Shown here: positions 1 to 7,780 of the stretch, one piece after another
Layout of the letters: each line of letters starts with the position of its first letter
How positions within the stretch are numbered: the stretch's first letter is position 1
Assembly (NCBI GenBank): GCA_003450125.1
Contig: DMFR01000329.1
Span: 36,128 to 69,246, forward strand
Direction: 5' to 3'
Source: Prolixibacteraceae bacterium
Lineage (GTDB): Bacteria; Bacteroidota; Bacteroidia; Bacteroidales; Prolixibacteraceae
DNA length: 33,119 nt
Program-made: the position numbers and the translations under genes
The notes under the pieces: model-generated
Database searches by the model: none
What the model was told of the DNA's origin: nothing
The model's input: the letters and a program-made list of their open reading frames with translations, nothing else

Positions 1-19
1 TGCGAGGAACGAAGCAATC
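1..19 (+). repeat. Partial CGTC-type REP-like palindrome (TGCGAGGAACGAAGCAATC)
   Basis: Identical to 13487-13505; truncated by the window edge. Confidence 0.7.
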
Positions 20-154
20 CCTTCTTCATAGACTCCTAACATATTATGTTTTACTTTTCCCAACACTGCCATTTTGTCAAAATATTAAACATCAATAAAT
101 CAGTATTTTATATTTTAATGTCCTTATACTCCTTAATGACATTACCCTTCAATC

Positions 155-361
155 CTATTTTTTAGTTCCAACCACCTTACACATCTGATCACTCAATTCC
201 TGGTTGATCTCCTTCAACCTGTTCCATTCCTTCTTATCATCTTCCGGCAGCAACTTCAAATCCATATCACTCAAATTGTTCTTAATAAACAATTGCCTCA
301 TCTGAGCGTGAATCAATTCACCTTCTTCCAATAACTTACCTAATTCCTCACCTTTAGACAT
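155..361 (-). CDS. Hypothetical protein (68 aa, helical/coiled-coil)
   Basis: ATG-started ORF co-oriented with and just downstream of rep, with an A-rich leader. Confidence 0.6.
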   Translation of the reverse strand: MSKGEELGKLLEEGELIHAQMRQLFIKNNLSDMDLKLLPEDDKKEWNRLKEINQELSDQMCKVVGTKK

Positions 362-409
362 AACTCTTATTTTTTAATGAATTTATTGACCTTAATCTCC
401 ATAAGGCCC

Positions 410-1504
410 TTATTTTTTAATCACCTTAATCACTTTAATCAACGGTTCAGACTTTCTCCCCTTCTTCCTCCCCGGATACTTCGGCATTGCCGCTTTCGCC
501 CTCAATTCCTGGATCCGCTTGAAATCCATCAACAACTCATCAGCTGGCAGCACTTTCGGATCTCCAAACACACCCACCTTATCGTAATACATCGAAATCA
601 AGCTCCTGTAAAACTCAAACGGGTACCCAACTGACAACTGCTCATTCGTTTCTTCCGAAAAAGTAAATTCCTTCCTGAGCGATTTAAGGATCTTCTCAGC
701 TTCTTCAGTTGTATTCAGCCGGTACCGCTCATCAAGCACCTTCACAGGCTCAAATATCTCCGTATTGCTGGCCTCCAGCACAATAAACTTGATGGCCACA
801 ACAGCCCTTCCAACCTTGATCGGTTCATAGTCAATCTTCAATCCCGTCTTAGCATTGATAACCTCTTTGGCCGGTTCCAATATCCGGCGCCGGAAATCAA
901 AGAAGTTGGTATATAAATCAGGATCCATCAAACACCGCTTCCTGAAATCTTCCAGAGTGATAGTATCATACTTATGCTTGCGGCTTTTCAGCTGGGAAAC
1001 AAAATCCCAAATTTCGTGCGTGTAAACGTTGGGCCAAATAGAGCTCGTAAACAGCTGCTTCGTGTATGGCGTTGTTTCATCCAGCTCAACAAAAAACCTC
1101 TTGGCAACAGGAGATAGAGTCAACCTTACTGCCATTGAATTATACATCATCGTTGACTCAGTTATCAGGCTGCTTAAAGTGATAGATGTCAAATCCGTTG
1201 TTTCAATCTTCACCTTACTCAAAGCATCGAATGCATCCCTAAACTGCTCATAATTCGTTCCCTTCAATCCCAGCAAGGCACTGATATCCTTCAGCTGGAA
1301 TTCAAGATATTCAACATCCTTTTTCAACTTGATTTTGGTCAATATCGCGTTCAGCACATTGCGCTGTACTCCGCTCATTTCCTTGTGTAGTGACATAAAT
1401 TCATTGCTTTTAGAAATGAATAACTTTGGTTGAATATTTTCCAAATCCACCACCGCTGGGACTCCCGCCCCTTCTTTCACTCGTTCCATATCTTCGTTCA
1501 TCAT
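410..1504 (-). CDS. repB: Plasmid replication initiator protein, Rep_3/RepB family
   Basis: Rep_3-like motifs: SKSNEF near the N-terminus, and ITLEDFRK...YTNFFDFRRRILEPAKEVINAKTGLKIDYEPIKVGRAVVAIKF. Iterons lie immediately upstream. Confidence 0.88.
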   Translation of the reverse strand: MMNEDMERVKEGAGVPAVVDLENIQPKLFISKSNEFMSLHKEMSGVQRNVLNAILTKIKLKKDVEYLEFQLKDISALLGLKGTNYEQFRDAFDALSKVKIETTDLTSITLSSLITESTMMYNSMAVRLTLSPVAKRFFVELDETTPYTKQLFTSSIWPNVYTHEIWDFVSQLKSRKHKYDTITLEDFRKRCLMDPDLYTNFFDFRRRILEPAKEVINAKTGLKIDYEPIKVGRAVVAIKFIVLEASNTEIFEPVKVLDERYRLNTTEEAEKILKSLRKEFTFSEETNEQLSVGYPFEFYRSLISMYYDKVGVFGDPKVLPADELLMDFKRIQELRAKAAMPKYPGRKKGRKSEPLIKVIKVIKK

Positions 1505-1590
1505 TCGATAAGTTTAATTGGTTCAATATTTTTAAGCTCCTTAAGGTCCTTAATGACTTTTTCAACTCTAAATACTCTAGTCACTTTCTC

Positions 1591-1725
1591 CCTTGTCGCT
1601 CTTCAAATTCCATTTGTCGCATCTTAAAAGTTCCACGTCGCAGCTCCAAAGTTCCACGTCGCTTTTTAAATGTTCCACGTCGTATTTCAAAAGTTCCACG
1701 TCGCATTTCAAAAGCCATTTGTCGC
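1591..1725. repeat. Iteron array (7 units, 21-bp period), putative oriV
   Basis: GTCG(C/T) starts at 1595, 1616, 1637, 1658, 1679, 1700 and 1721. The four central units share GTTCCACGTCG. The array is upstream of the Rep_3 gene. Confidence 0.88.
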
Positions 1726-1736
1726 AATTGGACGTG

Positions 1737-1810
1737 TAATAATTTGATTTGCAAACCGTTGCAACTCCTAAATATTAGTAATATAAGTAATTAAAGAAAG
1801 TATTGTAATG
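1737..1810. other. AT-rich segment next to the iterons, putative DNA-unwinding element
   Basis: Very AT-rich, with short repeats AATAT(T/A)AGT, directly beside the iterons. Confidence 0.5.
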
Positions 1811-1921
1811 AAGGTAATTCCTTTCAGGAAAACGAAGAGTGATTTCATCAATTTTAAAACCAACCCCAACCCCATTATCAGCTCAATCATATTAATCACA
1901 AAAATCACAGTTCAAGATATT

Positions 1922-2377
1922 CTATTCTCCACTTTCCCTAAAACTCCTTACCGCCTTCCTCAATTCCTTCTCATCCACCTCCCCAAAAAACAATTCAAAA
2001 GCCTGGGCCGCAATTTTCTTCTCCGCCATTCGCTTAAACCAGCTCCATGCCGCGATCTTTTCGCTCAATTCCGCTTCCATAATAAAGGTTTTACGCCCAT
2101 ACCCCTTATTCGCTCTTAATCTGCTATTTGCCGACATACTTGTGCCATGGTCGTTTTCTGCCTCGTGTCCCGCGGTTTTTAACCGCGTTTTATCCTCTGC
2201 ATCATCCCAATCTTTTTTCGTCCACCCCTCCTTGAAAGCCTTCGTGTCACTAAAGTCCCTATTGTCCCTAACTTCCTTCGAAGGATCTTTAATCTCCTTA
2301 GAGTCCTTAAGCTCTTTATCTGTCTGTGGACCTGACATCAAACTAGCCAACCCTCCTGTAAAATTCTTTTTTGCCAT
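1922..2377 (-). CDS. Small ParA partner (type Ib ParB/ParG-like centromere-binding protein, probable C-terminal ribbon-helix-helix)
   Basis: Directly downstream of parA. N-terminus MAKKNFTGGLASLM is typical of ParA-stimulating tails. C-terminal RKTFIMEAELSEKI...EKKIAAQAFELFF has a beta-alpha-alpha pattern. Confidence 0.6.
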   Translation of the reverse strand: MAKKNFTGGLASLMSGPQTDKELKDSKEIKDPSKEVRDNRDFSDTKAFKEGWTKKDWDDAEDKTRLKTAGHEAENDHGTSMSANSRLRANKGYGRKTFIMEAELSEKIAAWSWFKRMAEKKIAAQAFELFFGEVDEKELRKAVRSFRESGE

Positions 2378-2385
2378 CTCTATAA

Positions 2386-2415
2386 GTTTACTTGTTTACA
2401 CGTTTACCTGTTTAA
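2386..2415. repeat. 8-bp GTTTACnn tandem repeats, candidate parS/operator
   Basis: Units at 2386, 2394, 2402 and 2410, upstream of the ParB-like gene. A similar run lies upstream of parA. Confidence 0.5.
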
Positions 2416-2495
2416 TCTCCTTAGAGTCCTTAAACTCCTTAAAGTCTTTATTTTAATCAGCTTAATCATTTAATCAGCTTAATCAGTGGTTCAAA

Positions 2496-3239
2496 TCAGC
2501 GGTTCAAAACCTGCTCTACCACCTCCGCATAATCCTTCGCCCCATTACTTCCAGGTGCATATTCAAAAATACTCTGCTTTGAAAGTACCGCCTCAGTGAT
2601 GGCTACATTCCTCCTGATCACTCCCGGAAATACCTTCTCCCCGTATGTCTGCCGTAACTGAGCTGTTAAATCCCTGTTCAATACCGTATCCTGAACCATG
2701 GTAATCAATATCCCCGATACAGGAATATCCCTGTTTGTCATTACTGAAATAAGCGATAACACATCGATCAGCCTAAGTAAACCCTTCATAGGTAATAACT
2801 CAGCTTGCATTGGTACAATCACTTCATCCGCACACATCAGCGAGTTTAAGGTCAATACCCCCAGCGATGGAGGACAATCAATCAAAATAAAATCATATCC
2901 TGGTAATTTTCTGATAATATGCCTGAGAATAAAATCTCGGTTCGGTACCGCGTTTATTTCCGTCTCCGCTCCGGCCAAATCAATCGAGCTGGGAAGTAAA
3001 TAAAGATTTTCCCTGATAAACAATGCTTCCGGATCGGGATTCTTTAAAGTCATATAATGATACATGTTCCGATTATCAACATCTTCACTGGTCAGCGATT
3101 CCGTTAAATTCGCCTGTGCATCCATGTCGATCATCAATACTTTTTTACCGGCAGTAGCCAGCCCGAACCCCAAATTCAAGGTAGTAGTAGTCTTTCCCGT
3201 TCCTCCCTTGTGCTGTGCAATCGCAATAATTTTAGCCAT
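2496..3239 (-). CDS. parA: ParA/Soj family partition ATPase
   Basis: Deviant Walker A KGGTGKTT, A' IDMDAQANLT, Walker B FILIDCPPSLG, and C-terminal IRRNVAITEA...SNGAKDY. Confidence 0.96.
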   Translation of the reverse strand: MAKIIAIAQHKGGTGKTTTTLNLGFGLATAGKKVLMIDMDAQANLTESLTSEDVDNRNMYHYMTLKNPDPEALFIRENLYLLPSSIDLAGAETEINAVPNRDFILRHIIRKLPGYDFILIDCPPSLGVLTLNSLMCADEVIVPMQAELLPMKGLLRLIDVLSLISVMTNRDIPVSGILITMVQDTVLNRDLTAQLRQTYGEKVFPGVIRRNVAITEAVLSKQSIFEYAPGSNGAKDYAEVVEQVLNR

Positions 3240-3248
3240 TCTCTATAA

Positions 3249-3289
3249 GTTTAAATGTTTAATCGTAAACCATGTTTACATGTTTACTT
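3249..3289. repeat. 8-bp GTTTA(C/A)nn repeats in the parA leader, candidate parS/operator
   Basis: Units at 3249, 3257, 3274 and 3282, plus inverted GTAAAC at 3265, between the parA promoter and start codon. Confidence 0.45.
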
Positions 3290-3301
3290 TATTTCATTCA
3301 A

Positions 3302-3332
3302 CAAACATAGTACCTATTTTTGTAACTTCCAA
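3302..3332 (-). promoter_or_regulatory. Bacteroidota sigmaA-type promoter for parA (TTG-N20-TATGTTTG)
   Basis: Perfect TAnnTTTG at 3309-3302, with TTG exactly 20 nt upstream. Confidence 0.7.
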
Positions 3333-3354
3333 GCATTCCTTAAAATTATTTTAT

Positions 3355-3380
3355 GTACGGTCAAACCTATGTGTTTGCCC
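3355..3380 (+). repeat. REP-like palindrome GTAC-GG(T)CAAAC-CTATGT-GTTTGCCC, copy 1
   Basis: One of four near-identical copies (3355, 4141, 11397, 22975). Confidence 0.8.
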
Positions 3381-3470
3381 CTTTAATGACCTTAATCTCC
3401 TTAATGCCCTTATTTAAAATCATAAAAATCAAATCAATCAAATAAATCACAGTTCAGACAATTTTCCCAC

Positions 3471-3503
3471 AAAAAAAACCGGAATGAATCTCTTCACCCC
3501 GGC
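3471..3503 (-). terminator. Rho-independent terminator ending the late/lysis transcript
   Basis: Minus-strand CCGGGGTGAA-GAGA-TTCATTCCGG followed by T8, downstream of 3541..4017. Confidence 0.8.
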
Positions 3504-3540
3504 TCTTTCCCAAAACATTAATCTGACAACAAAAAGTACC

Positions 3541-4017
3541 TTATTTAGATGCCACCCGGAAGGTGCCACCGCCTTTCTTTAAGTTTGGCACGAACGCCGT
3601 TATAAATGCGTACAACCAATTAAATATTGAATTATCTTTCTCCGAAGGCGTTAATCTGACTACGACCTCCGCAAATGTCAACAGTCCCATAAGTAGTGCA
3701 CCCCAATTGTCAAGTAGGAAGTTTGTCTCAGTCGCTCCCTGAACCGGCGTATCTCCAACAATGGGAGGATCACCCTGCTCAATATTTTCACCCGATCCAG
3801 CTTCCAAATTAGGAACATCCTGTGCCATGGCCAGCAACAAATTATTGGCAGGTAACGCGACCTGTTCAAACGATTGTTCCATTACTACTGCTGTAGCCGG
3901 AACAAACTGCGCTGCCGTTAAACTTACCTTTTCTCCTGGTGGAGATCCAGTGGCCGAATAGCTCGAAGCCATTGCCAGCCCGACAGCAAAAATCATCAAT
4001 GCAATAATTTTTTTCAT
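3541..4017 (-). CDS. Secreted/membrane phage protein (signal peptide plus C-terminal holin-like hydrophobic segment)
   Basis: N-terminal signal peptide MKKIIALMIFAVGLAMA. C-terminal NWGALLMGLLTFAEVVVRLTPSEKDN resembles small phage membrane proteins. Has its own late-promoter motif. Confidence 0.65.
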   Translation of the reverse strand: MKKIIALMIFAVGLAMASSYSATGSPPGEKVSLTAAQFVPATAVVMEQSFEQVALPANNLLLAMAQDVPNLEAGSGENIEQGDPPIVGDTPVQGATETNFLLDNWGALLMGLLTFAEVVVRLTPSEKDNSIFNWLYAFITAFVPNLKKGGGTFRVASK

Positions 4018-4053
4018 TGTCTTTAAAATAAATGGTTAATAATAATTATAGAT

Positions 4054-4089
4054 CAAATATCGGATATCAATACCACCCCCGAAAGGACA
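4054..4089 (-). promoter_or_regulatory. Putative phage late promoter (TGTCCTTT-N20-GATATTTG)
   Basis: One of five copies with an identical 20-nt spacer. Confidence 0.65.
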
Positions 4090-4531
4090 ACATCAATCCC
4101 ACAATCAATACCATTTTCGCAACATCATCCTGCAAGGGCTGTACGGGCAAACCTATGTGTTTGCCCACTTCTTCAATTCCCACGCCCTCTTCTCCAATTC
4201 CCATCCTCTCTTCTTCAATTCCCATCCCCTCATATCTTACAGATGCCCTAGATTGCCTTTCCGCCTTTCTCTTGGCCCTTCTCTCCTGCCTGAGCTCCTT
4301 CCTGGTTAGCTCCACCACCGGCTGCGTCACATCCTGCACATTCCCATCACCCCGTTGCTTCAACTTCCCGATATTCTGCTCCTGGTTGGCCACATAACTC
4401 GTCGTGTTGATCGTTGTCTCTACCGGTCCCGGTGCTGGCTTATAATGATCCATCGCATACACCAGCGCCGCAATAACCCCCGCAAAAAACACCGCCAAAT
4501 ACTTCCAAATATTTCCAAAAAATGCTTTCAT
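4067..4531 (-). CDS. Single-TM lysis-cassette protein (possible spanin-like); C-terminus may be read-through into repeats
   Basis: N-terminal TM helix and a basic coiled segment, downstream of the endolysin. The 3' end runs through GIEEE repeats, a REP and the late promoter. Confidence 0.55.
   Translation of the reverse strand: MKAFFGNIWKYLAVFFAGVIAALVYAMDHYKPAPGPVETTINTTSYVANQEQNIGKLKQRGDGNVQDVTQPVVELTRKELRQERRAKRKAERQSRASVRYEGMGIEEERMGIGEEGVGIEEVGKHIGLPVQPLQDDVAKMVLIVGLMLSFRGWY
4141..4166 (+). repeat. REP-like palindrome, copy 2
   Basis: GTACGGGCAAACCTATGTGTTTGCCC. Confidence 0.8.
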
Positions 4532-4605
4532 CCTTTATCCTCCTTATTGACCTTAATCTCCTTAAGGCCCTTATTTTAAATCACAATAATCACAATAATC
4601 ATTCT

Positions 4606-4635
4606 AATCACAGTTCAGACAATCACAGTTCAGAC
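4606..4635 (+). repeat. Tandem AATCACAGTTCAGAC repeat (dispersed family, also at 3445, 9769, 17784)
   Basis: Two exact 15-bp copies; the second supplies the endolysin stop codon. Confidence 0.75.
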
Positions 4636-5049
4636 AATCAACAACGAATCCCCCTGCCACCATCTCACATCACTATGCACCCAGCTCACCCCCTTCTCAA
4701 TGCATGTAATGCCCAGCTCCCGCCAGTGCACTTTAATATACTCCCTCACTTCTTCCTCGGTAGCAAGCGAAAACAGCTTATCAGATGCTCGGGCAAATGT
4801 GTGCTGGGAAGTCAGTGAATAATCCGGGCTCTCTTCCGTCCGGATCCCCGACCATTGCCTTTCCCCATCGTTCCACCAGTTATTGATGGTCACCGATCCA
4901 AACTTATCCCTTAGCAGCTGATCCGCCTTGATCAATCTCCGGTCCAGCATACCAATTAGTATCCACGGCGTTTTTTCATACTTCAAATACATTGCCTTTG
5001 GAATATACTCATCCAAAAACAGATTGGGTGTTAAGCTAATCCTTCCCAT
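4630..5049 (-). CDS. Endolysin, peptidase M15-like zinc peptidase
   Basis: SGIR...SQH-x6-D and WVHSD zinc-binding motifs; LTPNLFLDEY N-terminus; adjacent to the holin. Confidence 0.8.
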   Translation of the reverse strand: MGRISLTPNLFLDEYIPKAMYLKYEKTPWILIGMLDRRLIKADQLLRDKFGSVTINNWWNDGERQWSGIRTEESPDYSLTSQHTFARASDKLFSLATEEEVREYIKVHWRELGITCIEKGVSWVHSDVRWWQGDSLLIV

Positions 5050-5053
5050 GACT

Positions 5054-5551
5054 TTAATCCTTTTGAAATTTCACTCCCGTTTCTTCTTCAATTTTATGCT
5101 CTACAGCATCCGTTACCGTTTTGAATACCCTCCAATTGGTAATTTTATAAGCATTGATGACAATTGAAAAGATCAGCATTCCAGATATGGCATAACTGAT
5201 AATAATATAGGTAGGGTAACTGTTTTGATTACAAGTAGTATCTAAAATATAACAAAGAATGATAATCAGTAACGAAAGGGCCATCCTTGGGAATGTCTTG
5301 GTCCATACTATATCCACATTAAAGCGCTCATGTCGTAACTTCCTGGCCGCCCAATAACCAACCATCATATCCACGAAAAAAAAGAAAATGACCATGTGTA
5401 CCACATGTTTGATCGGCATAAAATACCCCAATACCGCAGTAATCAATCCAGCCATAAAATGATAGGTCCACTTGGCTGATTCCTCGATAAAATACCACAT
5501 CCACCGGCTCATACCCTCCAGCTTCCTCAATGTCAACATTAGATCCTCCAT
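5054..5551 (-). CDS. Phage holin family protein (start reassigned to ATG at 5551)
   Basis: Several TM segments with the motifs FFFVDMMVGYWAA and FSIVINAYKI, directly upstream of the endolysin. The longer ORF would run through a terminator and promoter. Confidence 0.75.
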   Translation of the reverse strand: MEDLMLTLRKLEGMSRWMWYFIEESAKWTYHFMAGLITAVLGYFMPIKHVVHMVIFFFFVDMMVGYWAARKLRHERFNVDIVWTKTFPRMALSLLIIILCYILDTTCNQNSYPTYIIISYAISGMLIFSIVINAYKITNWRVFKTVTDAVEHKIEEETGVKFQKD

Positions 5552-5565
5552 GGCCTTTTTTTCTT

Positions 5566-5601
5566 CGAATATATACCCTTCACACATTTCTGAAAAGGAC
5601 A
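5566..5601 (-). promoter_or_regulatory. Putative phage late promoter (TGTCCTTT-N20-TATATTCG)
   Basis: Same architecture as the other four copies, 14 nt upstream of the holin ATG. Confidence 0.7.
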
Positions 5602-5637
5602 AAAAAAAGCAGAAGGACCATCTTTCCTTCTGCTTTT
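5601..5637 (-). terminator. Rho-independent terminator after the tail-fibre genes (possibly bidirectional)
   Basis: GCAGAAGGA/TCCTTCTGC stem flanked by A8 and T4. Confidence 0.8.
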
Positions 5638-5677
5638 CCTGTATTCTTAATTTCTTATATTTGTCAAAACATTCATC

Positions 5678-5872
5678 ATGAAACAAGAAATTTTCAATAG
5701 CGCCGAACTTGAATTAGCTGGATGTATAGCCATGCTGCGGGCTAACCGATTGGCTATTGATGACTCTGATAATTTTTCTATTCAAAGATACCCTTGGTTA
5801 CCAGATCCAGAACCCCGCATTTTTGACTTTGAACTACTTTGTAATGCTTTTGCACTTCACAAACTAAATTAA
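5678..5872 (+). CDS. Small antisense moron-like hypothetical protein
   Basis: Perfect TATATTTG -7 box at 5656-5663 just upstream. Fills the gap between the tail fibre and the holin. Confidence 0.55.
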   Translation: MKQEIFNSAELELAGCIAMLRANRLAIDDSDNFSIQRYPWLPDPEPRIFDFELLCNAFALHKLN

Positions 5873-5890
5873 ACTTCCGGTTTACTTCCC

Positions 5891-7780
5891 CTATGGCAAT
5901 GTTGTAAATGTTACTTGTAATGAATAAACTGTATTGATAACACTTTGAGCATAAGCCCTCATGTAATAAGTAGTATTTGGCAATAAACCAGTCATTACGT
6001 GCGAAAAAGCCATTGGGATTATAGTATCCTCGGATGTTTTACTGTTATTAATGGTGGGTGTAATTGTTGTTGCCCAACACAATCCAACTTTACATGGATT
6101 ATTTCCTGTCAAAGTTAAATTACCACTACTTGAAGCTGTATTGGAAGTGATGGCTGTTATTGCAGGGGCGCTAGATACAATCGTTGGCTGACTATCTCCC
6201 CCCACTGTTACGGACCATCCTTTATTAACTGCTATTGTTTTATTGCATGTCAATGATCCCGGATTATTTGGAATGTACATTTGTTTCCAACCTGCTATTA
6301 CCAACCCCGTTACGTTTGGTAAAGCGTTAAATATTCTATCAAATTCAGCAGCAGGAAATGCACAGTATCTTAAATTAAATAAAATTCCTCCGTTATAAAA
6401 ATTATCAGTAAGGATAGCATTCCAATCGCATTCAAAAGAACTTAATTTCCAAGGATAAGCCAATGAGCCAATAGCAGCAGCGGAAAATAATTTAAGTTTT
6501 GGTTGCCAAAATTGAGTCAATTTCGGAACTCCTAAAAAATTAATTCCTTGACAATAATCCATATCTCCGCTTATGATAGAAGTAATAGTTTCCAATGATA
6601 TGTTTGAATCATATTGTCCAAAAAGAGAAGTTTGACTAGCGATTGATTGATAATGCATTTCGCTTGGGTATGTAACTGTTTTTAAACTATAACATTGTTT
6701 ACCTTCTGTCGGCTGACTAGAACCTTTTACATAGGCAATTATAGGCCACATGACTTCAACTAAATTATCATAGTTATATCCGTAAAACCATTGCATTTCA
6801 ACATAGGCGGTAGGACTACCAAGATTGCAGTTAAATTTCAATGATTTTAAAGCTCTAGGCCAAAGTGCAAAATTAGATGCTGTTGTTAATTTAGGCATGT
6901 CTGAAACTATTTCAATTTCTTCAATAGTCATATTGTATTCGAACATGCTTTGTATTGATGTTAACTTTGGCAGTGATGTTGGAAGTGGGTTAACTGTGGA
7001 TGTCATTTTAGTAAGCCCTCCATAAGTAAACATACTTTGCATTGTTGTACATTCAGGAAGCGCTGTAGGCCATTGCAATATTCTTAGTTGCATATTTACT
7101 CCGCTTGTTCCGGCGAAAGCAGCTATGGCAGTTATTAAAGCATTCATACTACTTGGTAAATAACATTCCTTCAATGAATCGCATGCCCCCGCAAATGATC
7201 CTAATGAGGTTAACGAATCACAAGCGGAATAGAATTTTATATATTTCAATTTTTTGCAATATGTAGATAATGCACTTGTAAGTGTCGTTATATATGGAGT
7301 ATAAAAATGTGCTTCAATTAAAGGCCATCCATTTGAAGCAAATCCAGATCGACTTCTTACTGCAAAAGATAATAGATGATTGGTTATAATTGTAGGTGTA
7401 ATTATAATCTTAAAATAATAAAGTCCGTCTGGATAAAGCGTCCCTAATATTGGAGTAAAAGTAAGGTCTACTTGTATATTTGATACAGTATCAATCGTTG
7501 AACGTTGATTTCCTGCCATATCAAATACTTTTGTAGTATATTTCTGACTGACTCCTGATGTGGTACAAAAAAATGAAAATGCTGCATCAAGACTTGAATT
7601 GCAAACTAAAATTATCTTTTCAGTAGTATCTCCTGGAGGAATCGTAACTTCTGGTGTCATTGGCAAGTCAGGATCTATAATATATCCGTTCATAGGGCAA
7701 TACACTGCCGGGTCTGGTTCCGTCCCTGCTCCGGTCATCCTCAATATTTGCTGTGAAAAAGGTCTTAAAGTCATAGCCAT
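5891..7780 (-). CDS. Tail fibre / receptor-binding protein with BspA-like leucine-rich repeats and a C-terminal FN3-like domain
   Basis: Repeats such as LPECTTMQSMF, LPKLTSIQSMF and MPKLTTASNF. C-terminal TGLLPNTTYYMRAYA is FN3-like. Last gene of the tail module; visibly more AT-rich than its neighbours. Confidence 0.7.
   Translation of the reverse strand: MAMTLRPFSQQILRMTGAGTEPDPAVYCPMNGYIIDPDLPMTPEVTIPPGDTTEKIILVCNSSLDAAFSFFCTTSGVSQKYTTKVFDMAGNQRSTIDTVSNIQVDLTFTPILGTLYPDGLYYFKIIITPTIITNHLLSFAVRSRSGFASNGWPLIEAHFYTPYITTLTSALSTYCKKLKYIKFYSACDSLTSLGSFAGACDSLKECYLPSSMNALITAIAAFAGTSGVNMQLRILQWPTALPECTTMQSMFTYGGLTKMTSTVNPLPTSLPKLTSIQSMFEYNMTIEEIEIVSDMPKLTTASNFALWPRALKSLKFNCNLGSPTAYVEMQWFYGYNYDNLVEVMWPIIAYVKGSSQPTEGKQCYSLKTVTYPSEMHYQSIASQTSLFGQYDSNISLETITSIISGDMDYCQGINFLGVPKLTQFWQPKLKLFSAAAIGSLAYPWKLSSFECDWNAILTDNFYNGGILFNLRYCAFPAAEFDRIFNALPNVTGLVIAGWKQMYIPNNPGSLTCNKTIAVNKGWSVTVGGDSQPTIVSSAPAITAITSNTASSSGNLTLTGNNPCKVGLCWATTITPTINNSKTSEDTIIPMAFSHVMTGLLPNTTYYMRAYAQSVINTVYSLQVTFTTLP

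Noticed and set aside
1591..1725. Possible CRISPR array
   Set aside because: The period is only 21 bp with no unique spacers and no cas genes; position next to rep fits iterons.
5552..5686. N-terminal extension of the holin in the ORF track
   Set aside because: It runs through a terminator and the late-promoter motif; the ATG at 5551 is more plausible.
5891..7780. Diversity-generating retroelement target
   Set aside because: No reverse transcriptase and no adenine-variant template repeat seen in the window.
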